A stretch of DNA of 20,000 nucleotides, taken from Patellaria atrata CBS 101060. Lineage: Eukaryota. Location of the stretch: contig MU006096.1 of the NCBI GenBank assembly GCA_010093705.1, positions 1,446,073 through 1,466,072 on the forward strand, read 5' to 3'. Shown here piece after piece: positions 12,478 through 20,000 of this stretch (position 1 is its first letter; every line of letters starts with the position of its first letter). The notes under the pieces are model-generated. The model did not search any database. It saw nothing but the letters and a program-made list of their open reading frames with translations, and was not told where the DNA came from. The position numbers and the translations under genes are program-made.

Positions 12478-12515
12478 GAATTTCTTGGCAGCTATTACCT
12501 CTACTACAACACGAA

Positions 12516-13811
12516 ATGTCTCAACAACAACAAGATAATAAAGCTCAACAAGAAGGCCGAATAGAGCTTGCACTTCAAGCCTATAAGGAAGGCCAATTTC
12601 GAAGCCTACGACGCGCCGCCGCCGCGTATAACGCGTGCCCACGAAAGCTTCAGCGAAGATACAACCAAACCCTCGCCCGAGCCAATTGCCAGCCTAATTG
12701 CCAGAAGCTCACCGCGACCGAAGAGCAAACGATCGTCCGATATATTCTTGACCTCGATTCGCGAGGATTTGCGCCCCGGCTATGTGAGGTAGCAGATATG
12801 GCAGATAAACTATTGGACGCGCGGGGTGGGGAGCGAGTAGGTAAGAACTGGCCTGAAAGATTTGTAACGCGTTCAGATGAGCTAAAGATGGCCTTCAATC
12901 GAGCAAAGGATCGTCAAAGAATACTCTAGGAAGATCCTAAGACAATTGGCGCGTGGTTTAAGCTCGTTAGGGAGACAAAAGTCAAGTACAGCGTCTATAA
13001 CGACGACGTCCACAATTTCGACGAGACTGGCTTCCAGATGGGTGTAATTGGGTCAATGAAAGTTGTTACAGGCGCAGAGAGGCGTACGAGGCCTGATATT
13101 ATCCAGCCAGGCGATCGGGAGTGGGTTACAGTCATCTAGAGCATCTGCGCTGCAGGGTACGCGATCCCACCCTTCATCATCTATAAAGGCCGCGTCCACA
13201 TCTCTACATGGTACGAGGAGATAGATATACCGCGTAACTGGAAGATCTCAGTCTCTAAGAACGGCTGGACAAATAACGCGCTTAGTCTTGAGTGGTTGAA
13301 GCACTTTAACGCGCATATAAAGGCGCGTACGGTAGGGGTATACCGGCTGCTTATCCTCGACGGCCATGAGAGCCACCTTAACTAGGATTTCAAGAATTAC
13401 TACCTAGAGAACAAGATCTTAACGCTCTATATACCTCCTCATTTATCGTATATACTCTAACCACTTAACGTAATCTACTTTTCGCCATTAAAGCGTAAGT
13501 ACTCCTAACGCGTTCAAGACTTAATACGCCGACATGTCTTCTATATTAATAAAGAGAGCTTTCTATTAACCTTTAAAAACGTGTTTTTTTAATATATTTA
13601 TAGAGAAGAACTATTATAAAATCTTTAAAATATTAGATCTTATTTCTATTAATATATAAATAATACTAGATTATTTTAAAATATATTTATATATTTTATT
13701 AAAATCTTTATTATTATAAATATTATAATAATTAAAAACTTTAAATAATATATTTAAATTTAAATTATAATTAAAGTTTATATAAAATTTTATTATTAAA
13801 TTATTTATTAT
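12516..13811 (+). pseudogene. RIP-inactivated pogo transposase (HTH_psq, CENP-B-type HTH, DDE_1)
   Basis: MSQQ..SLRRAAAAYN, KLTATEEQTIVRYILDLDSRGF..VGKNWPERFV, HNFDETGFQMG, GDREWVTVI, NGWTNN, RLLILDGHESH. In-frame stops TAG 12927, 13137, 13383 and TAA 13458, 13506 are all one C>T away from Gln codons (e.g. IL*PL for LQPLD). Apparent +1 slip in the T-run near 13584-13590. Confidence 0.92.
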
Positions 13812-14009
13812 TATAATAATATAGCGGTTATAGAGAATCGAATTAAATTATAACTAATATAATTTAACTATAATATAAAGAGATTAAATTAAAGAAAAAA
13901 GAAGTTATAATTATATAATCTATTAATATTAAATATATAATAATAGAACTTTAATATAACTATTATTAATAAAGAAAAGTAAGAAATAATAATCTATAAT
14001 ATTATTATA
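13812..14009 (-). repeat. 3' LTR (198 bp) of RIP'd Ty3/gypsy family 1
   Basis: The reverse complement aligns ungapped to 15970..16167 with transition differences. Ends TATAATA..TATTATA are compatible with RIP'd TG..CA termini. A purine tract (AAAAAAAGAGATAA on -) lies immediately upstream at about 14010-14023, consistent with a PPT. Confidence 0.85.
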
Positions 14010-15969
14010 TTATCTCTTTTTTTAAAAGTAAAAATTATTAATTAATTATAAATTTTTATAATAATATTCGTTTTATTTATATTTACTTTTAATATTTTTA
14101 AATTTAAGTTAAATCTTTCTTTTTAATTTTATTATTATTTAGATATAGTTTTAGTTTATAATTATTAATTTAATAGATTTTAAGTTATATATTTAATTAA
14201 ATTAAAAACTTAATATTTAATAATCTTTTATTATAAAATTTCTCTATTTTATATAAAGTTTTAATAAAATTTAAGACTAAATATTATATATTATCGAGAT
14301 TATAATTTACTTAACTTACTTTATATTATAGTTAACTTTATATAATATAGCTAGCTAATATTTTATCGACTTTATATTTTAATTCTCTATTAATTTTAAT
14401 TAATAAAGATAATTTTAACTATTAATTTAAAAATAAATTTATAATAACTTTTCTTAATTTATCCGCGTGAAATATATTTAATATCTTTATATTAAATAGT
14501 AAATTTATTATATAAAAGTATCTCTTTATATTAATAATTTTATATAGTCTAATATTTTAGTAATCTAGTTTAATACTTAATTTATTTAAAGTTTAATCTT
14601 TTTAAATAATAAAGATATAATTATTTAGCTTAAAGTTTAACTTTTAATAATATTTATTAGTTACTTTAATTTATATTACTTATACTTAAATTAAATTCCC
14701 TTTAATTTATTTAATAATATTATAAGTTTATTTTATAAACTATTATATCTTTTCTTAACTTATATAATTTTTAATAATTTTATAATTATTTAGATTAATA
14801 CGCTTATATTAATTAAAATATATTTATAGTTTATATCTAAATTCTAATTTATATAGTAAAATATTTATTAATTTATAGATTAATATTATTTAAATAAAGT
14901 TTATAATTAATATTAATTTTAATTAATTATTTTAATAGTAATTTATAAAGAAGTATAATTTTAAATTAATATATTAATTTATAATCTTTATATTATTATT
15001 TATTTAGAAATAATATATTATAAATAGCTTTTATTTAACTTTTATTAATTTATATAATTTATTTATAAATATTAAAATAAATTAGAGTTTTTAATTAAAT
15101 ATTACTATTTTAAATATATTATATATTCTTTATATATATTTATAATATAGTTTAGCTATTAATTTAGCGGATATATTTTATTTATAAGATATAAAGATAA
15201 TTTATTTTCTAAATCTATTAATAATAATAAAAATTATCTTAAATTTATATTTATTTTTTAGAAATAATTTAAAATAAAATATTATATATTATTAATATTT
15301 ATCTTTAATTAATAAAGATTTTAGTAAATTTAAAATTTTATCTTTTAATATATATATTTAATAATATATATAATAGTTTTATATATATCTTTTTATATTA
15401 ATTATTAAGCCTAGTTAATAATATTAATTTTTAACTAAATTTTTTATTTTCTATACTTTTAAATATTCGATTATTAGAATATTATAGATATTTTAAAGTA
15501 AATATATATAAAGATTATTAATATCTAATATTATTAACTAATTAAACTATAATAATAGACTTTTACGAATATTTTAATACTTTTTTCTTATCTTAACTTA
15601 TTTTTAAAAGAGAGTTAATAATTTATATATTCTATTCTCTTAAATAATTTTATTAATAAGTTTAATTAGTAATAATTACTTTATTAATATTTTTTAAAAT
15701 CTTAAAATTAATTATTTATATAATTTAGAATTATTTTTCTTTATATTAAATTCTAATTAATTTATAATAGTTTTAAATCTTCTTCTTTTCTTTTTTCCGA
15801 TTCTATAATTTTCTAGGCTAAATTAAAGTAAATTAAATATAATATTTATTTAATTTTAATTTAATATAGTTAATTTAATTATATTTTTTTTCTTCTTAAA
15901 TATATATTTTATTAGTTTTATTATTATAATAAAAGATATTAAAAACTTAATTAAAGTATTCTTAAATAT
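14010..15969 (-). mobile_element. RIP-saturated Ty3/gypsy (chromovirus) pol 3' part: integrase, GPY/F, chromodomain
   Basis: Literal minus-strand translation: SAKLIAKLYYKYI*RIY (about 15121-15175, integrase core); KLDY*NIRLYKII (about 14535-14570, GPY after back-mutation); NIFHADKLRK (about 14450-14480); INRELKYKVDKILAS..L*YKVS*VNYNLDNI*Y..NF (about 14390-14265, chromodomain EYEVDEILAS..LQYKVSWVGYD..WY). Confidence 0.85.
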
Positions 15970-16167
15970 TATAATAATATTATAAATTATTATTTTCTAT
16001 TTTCCTTTATTAATAGTAGTCGCGTTAAAATTCTATTATTATATACTTAATATTAATAAATTATATAATTATAATTTTTTCTTTTTTTAATTTAATCTCT
16101 TTATATTATAATTAAATTATATTAATTATAATTTAATTTAATTCTCTATAATTATTATATTATTATA
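15970..16167 (+). repeat. 5' LTR (198 bp) of a second copy of gypsy family 1
   Basis: Inverted copy of 13812..14009, followed directly by a leader, gag and protease relic on +. Confidence 0.85.
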
Positions 16168-18051
16168 TTAAATTAAGTTCTACTACTATAATCTTAAAAA
16201 GATAATATAATATTTTAACTTAATATTTAAAAGTATTAAAATTAAAGATTATAAATTTATTTAATATCTAAAAATATTAAAATCGATAATAATAAGAAAA
16301 ACCTAATACTTAAAAATATTAAAACTAAAAATTATAAGTTTATTTAGTATTTAAAAGTATTAAAATCGATAATAATAAAAGAAACTCGATATTTAAAAAT
16401 ATTAAAATTAAAGATTATAAATTTATCTAATATTTAAAAGTATTAAAATTAATAATAAGTAAATTATTATAAAATAATTAAATTATTAGAAATAATAATA
16501 CGGGAAAATATTATAAAAGATATTAAATTTATAAATTATTTTATTATAAAATATAATATTAAATTAAAAGAAAAAAATATTAAATATAATTAATATTTTT
16601 TAAAAATCGCGTTAATTAATATATTAATTATAGAGGAAATATTTAAGAAAGATCTTTAAAATATATTATAATAATATAAAAATAAATATAAATAATAAAA
16701 GTTAAGATATAAAATTATTTTAAATTAAGAATATATTAATAATATTAAAAATATTAAATAAATATTATAAAATAATTTAAATAACTTTATAAAAAAATAT
16801 TTATAAAGTTTATTATAATTAATAGTTTATAAAAAGTAAATAAAGATATTAGCTAAAATAATTAAATAATATTATAAAAAAATAATATAGAAAATAATTA
16901 TATATAAAGTTAATAAGAAAATTATAAAAAATCTTTAAAATAAGAATTAAATTCTATATAATTAATTAATATAAATATAGATTAATTAAAACTAAATTAA
17001 CTATATTATAATAAAAGATATAATAGAAAGTATAAGAACTTTAAAAAGTAAAAATAATAAATTAAATAAATTTCCTAATTTATTTATATTAATTAATAAT
17101 AAGAATCTAATTTACTAAATATAAAAGAGTTAATTAATAGATAAACTTAAATATAATATTAACTAATATTTAATAAATAAAGATTAAATAATATATATTA
17201 AGATAAAGATAAATAATTAATTAATTAATTAAATATATTTATATTTAAAATTAAAAATAAAAGATAATAAAATTATTATATTTAAAAATTTACTTAAATT
17301 TATTTATTAAATTTATAAAGACTTTAATAAATATCTTAAAATTAAAGATAAACTAAAAAAGTTAAATTAAAACTATTTAATAAACTTTATAAAATTTTAG
17401 TTAAATTTTATTTATTTAGCTATAAAGATTAAATTATTTAAAGATTAATAGAAAGAAAAGATTTATAAGAAACTATATAATTCTTTATAATAGATTATAA
17501 TATTAAATATAATAAATAATAATATTAGTTTTAAAGAATTTTATTAATAAATAATATTTTAAATATAAGGCTTAAAGAAATAAAGTTAAAAGTTAAAAAA
17601 ACGATAAAAGAAGTAATAAAAATATAAGACTATTAAAGTAATTTTAAATATTATAATAATAAATAGAACTATAATTTAATAATTAAATAAAGTTTTAAAT
17701 ATAATTACTTCTTTATAATAATTAATAGATTAGAGTACTATAATAATTTAAAAGTTTATAGAAAATTACTTTAATTATAGTAAATCGAGGTATTAATTAG
17801 TTAATTACTAAGTATAAAGAAAGATAGTCGAGATTAAGTTAATTTAAATGGAGTAAAATAAATTAAACTAGAAATTAGAACTAAAAAATAAGAAACTTTA
17901 AATAAAGACTTTATTTTAAAATTATTAATAAAAGTATTAAAAGTATTAATAAATAATTTAATTATAAAGAAATTTTTTATTATATTATATCGAGTATTAA
18001 AAAACGAAATTATAATATAACTTAAGATCTTAATTAATATAAGAGTCTAAA
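16168..18051 (+). mobile_element. RIP-saturated Ty3/gypsy leader, gag and start of protease
   Basis: KFPNLFILINNKNLIY*I*KS*LIDKLKYNIN*Y at about 17068-17170 parallels the intact gag KFPDPPELTDGKKPTYKEWKSKINDKLHVNSDWF. NYFNYSKSRY*LVNY at about 17764-17808 is a RIP'd CX2CX4HX4C. LKILINIRV* at 18021-18050 is a RIP'd LIDTGA protease motif. Confidence 0.85.
16221..16459 (+). repeat. Alternating 41/42-bp tandem repeat (83-bp dimer, about 3 copies) in the retroelement leader
   Basis: Units start at 16221, 16262, 16304, 16345, 16387 and 16428. All share the head TAATATTTAAAAGTATTAAAA. Tails alternate between TTAAAGATTATAAATTTAT and TCGATAATAATAA. Confidence 0.8.
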
Positions 18052-18313
18052 TATAATAATATAATATAGCTATAGTAATTATATTTTAACTATCTCTATT
18101 ATTAACTATTAAGTATAGAGATTAAATTAAGAAATAATAATATTATAGACTAAATATCTATATATAATAGTCCTATCTTATTAAGTTTCGGCCTAATTAT
18201 CTTCCATTTAACTAATTAGCGCTTAGAGATCTTTTCCACGTCTAATTTAGTAAAGATCTCTTATAAATAAACTAAACACTTAATATAGAAAATACGGGAT
18301 TAGTATTATAATA
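18052..18313 (-). repeat. RIP'd LTR of gypsy family 2 (about 260 bp; left boundary approximate)
   Basis: 18227..18313 is the reverse complement of 18338..18424 with about 20 differences in 87 nt, all C>T or G>A. The left end is inferred from where the protease frame stops. Confidence 0.75.
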
Positions 18314-18337
18314 TATCGTTATATTATTATGACGACG

Positions 18338-18424
18338 TGTCACGATGCTAATCCCGTATTTCCTATGCTGAGTGTTTGGTTTATTTGCAAGAGATCTTTG
18401 CCGGGTCGGACGCGGAAAAGATCT
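18338..18424 (+). repeat. Un-RIP'd 5' LTR start of gypsy family 2 (runs into gap)
   Basis: Begins TGTCACG (canonical TG terminus), has normal GC content, and lies upstream of the intact gag across the gap. Confidence 0.8.
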
Positions 18425-18879
18425 NNNNNNNNNNNNNNNNNNNNNNNNNNNNNNNNNNNNNNNNNNNNNNNNNNNNNNNNNNNNNNNNNNNNNNNNNNNN
18501 NNNNNNNNNNNNNNNNNNNNNNNNNNNNNNNNNNNNNNNNNNNNNNNNNNNNNNNNNNNNNNNNNNNNNNNNNNNNNNNNNNNNNNNNNNNNNNNNNNNN
18601 NNNNNNNNNNNNNNNNNNNNNNNNNNNNNNNNNNNNNNNNNNNNNNNNNNNNNNNNNNNNNNNNNNNNNNNNNNNNNNNNNNNNNNNNNNNNNNNNNNNN
18701 NNNNNNNNNNNNNNNNNNNNNNNNNNNNNNNNNNNNNNNNNNNNNNNNNNNNNNNNNNNNNNNNNNNNNNNNNNNNNNNNNNNNNNNNNNNNNNNNNNNN
18801 NNNNNNNNNNNNNNNNNNNNNNNNNNNNNNNNNNNNNNNNNNNNNNNNNNNNNNNNNNNNNNNNNNNNNNNNNNNNNNN
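18425..18879. other. Assembly gap (455 N)
   Basis: Run of N. The ORFs that span it are artefacts. Confidence 1.
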
Positions 18880-18881
18880 AA

Positions 18882-20000
18882 AACCTAGACCAGTTCGTAA
18901 CGGAGTACCTCCACACGAGAGCGAAGCTTATGGCTCGAGAGATACAACTCGGAAAGATGGCAAACCTTATTAACGAGATGGCGCCCGACTTACAGCTGAA
19001 GCTGCAAGTATGCCAAGCGAACGAAGAAGCCATGGAACGCCTCCAGGACGAGATCGATGACCTAAAGGGGCAGACTAAGCAGTCTAAACTAGACCGAAGG
19101 AGCGTCCGGTTCGACGACGAATCTGACGACGAAGAACCATTGGCACCACGCAGTCGTAACGACCGAGCTGGAACAGTCGACTCAACCGGAAGCTTCAGGA
19201 GCAGGGGCGACGATAAGACAAAGAAGTTCCCCGATCCACCAGAACTAACCGATGGCAAGAAGCCAACCTATAAGGAGTGGAAGAGCAAGATAAACGACAA
19301 GCTCCACGTCAACAGCGACTGGTTCCAAGACGAAAGGGCGAAGACTGCCTATATCAAGACACGGATCAGTGGCGAGGCAGCTGAACACATGTACCCTTTC
19401 TTAGAATCGGAGGAGGACGACGTAACCTCAACAAGGCTAATGAGATTCCTAGACCAGATCTATGAGGACCCAAATAGGCGACTAAAAGCTAGAGACGAAC
19501 TAAAGGAGTTGAGGCAAGGCTACCTAGCGGACTTTCCGAAGTTCCAGTCTACGTTCATCCGGCTGGCTAATGAAGCCAGGTTATCACGCGACCAGTGGAA
19601 AGAGGAACTCCACGACAGACTCTACGACAGTCTAAGGCTAACAATGGCGGAAGCCGTGGGTAACGACGAAATTAGCTTCCAGAAGTACTGCAGTAAAGCC
19701 ACGACGCAGGCACGAGAGCTAGAAAGGTCAGGCAAAGCTAGTAAGGCCCGTAGAGAGAGTCAGAAGCGTGGTAAACCGACTAGAACAACTTCCACCTCAA
19801 CAACGACGAATAGAACTTCATACCGATCAGGGAGCGGAGGAACCACCTCACCCATAACACCACAAGTGACGGAGCAGACCACAACTGTTCGGAAGTTTAC
19901 GGGTAACTGCTTCAACTGCGGCAAGGCCGGACACAGAGCGTTAGAATGCCGGGGACCAAAGAAGACAACCGAAGTAAAGTCGGTCCAGAAAGACGAGCAT
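18882..20000 (+). CDS. gag: Intact Ty3/gypsy Gag (partial at both ends) with CCHC zinc knuckle
   Basis: Stop-free frame from 18882 to the window end, missing from the ORF track because it has no stop. Coiled coil, then KKFPDPPELTDGKKPTYKEW..AYIKTRISGEA..YEDPNRRLKARDELKELRQ..F, and CFNCGKAGHRALEC at 19908-19949. Confidence 0.92.

Larger units (their letters stand above)
12436..13811 (+). mobile_element. Fot1/Pot-like (Tc1/mariner-pogo) DNA transposon, 5' portion, interrupted at 13811
   Basis: TA (12434-12435) followed by an ACGT terminus, subterminal direct repeats and a transposase frame. No right TIR in the window; the sequence switches to a gypsy LTR at 13812. Confidence 0.92.

Noticed and set aside
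12927..12929. Programmed stop-codon readthrough in the transposase
   Set aside because: One of several CAR>TAR RIP stops, so simple inactivation.
13812..16167. A Mutator/foldback-type element with 198-bp TIRs
   Set aside because: The PPT, the integrase/chromodomain interior and the downstream gag show these are LTRs of two opposed gypsy copies.
16168..16180. Self-priming (Tf1-like) PBS complementary to the LTR
   Set aside because: TTAAATTAAG has a partial complement in the LTR, but complexity after RIP is too low to support the claim.
16221..16459. CRISPR-like repeat/spacer appearance
   Set aside because: The 'spacers' are two alternating repeated tails, the context is a eukaryotic retroelement leader, and there are no cas genes.
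13600..18330. Extreme AT richness as organellar insert (NUMT) or contamination
   Set aside because: It decodes as transposase, gag and integrase relics with transition-only decay, which is RIP.
18272..19258. Long ORFs spanning the N run (328, 214 and 170 aa)
   Set aside because: Artefacts of untranslatable Ns. The real frame is the + strand gag from 18882.

Overview
Filamentous-ascomycete (Pezizomycotina-type) nuclear DNA in two sharply different halves. Bases 1-12.3 kb are gene-dense, with short GT-AG introns that I spliced by hand into open frames: EXO84 (-), TOM20 (+), NOP53 (-), the Rab6 GTPase YPT6/RYH1 (+), a 10-exon KUP/HAK/KT K+ transporter (-), and an intronless 266-aa uncharacterised protein (-). 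That last protein looks like a Walker-A-less RecA/Rad51-paralog fold (Shu/SWSAP1-like, by inference) and has three MCB cores upstream. From about 12.34 kb to the end is a nested transposon island shaped by repeat-induced point mutation (RIP). It holds a Fot1/Pot pogo DNA transposon with a steep RIP gradient, cut by a minus-strand chromodomain Ty3/gypsy element. That element is cut by a plus-strand copy of the same family (198-bp LTRs, inverted relative to each other), which is cut by a RIP'd LTR of a second family. An un-RIP'd LTR of that second family follows, then a 455-N gap, then an open gag with a CCHC knuckle. I find no demonstrably new system. The best leads are the candidate Rad51 paralog and the island architecture: alternating-orientation nesting, and an outermost element that is least mutated at its outer end.
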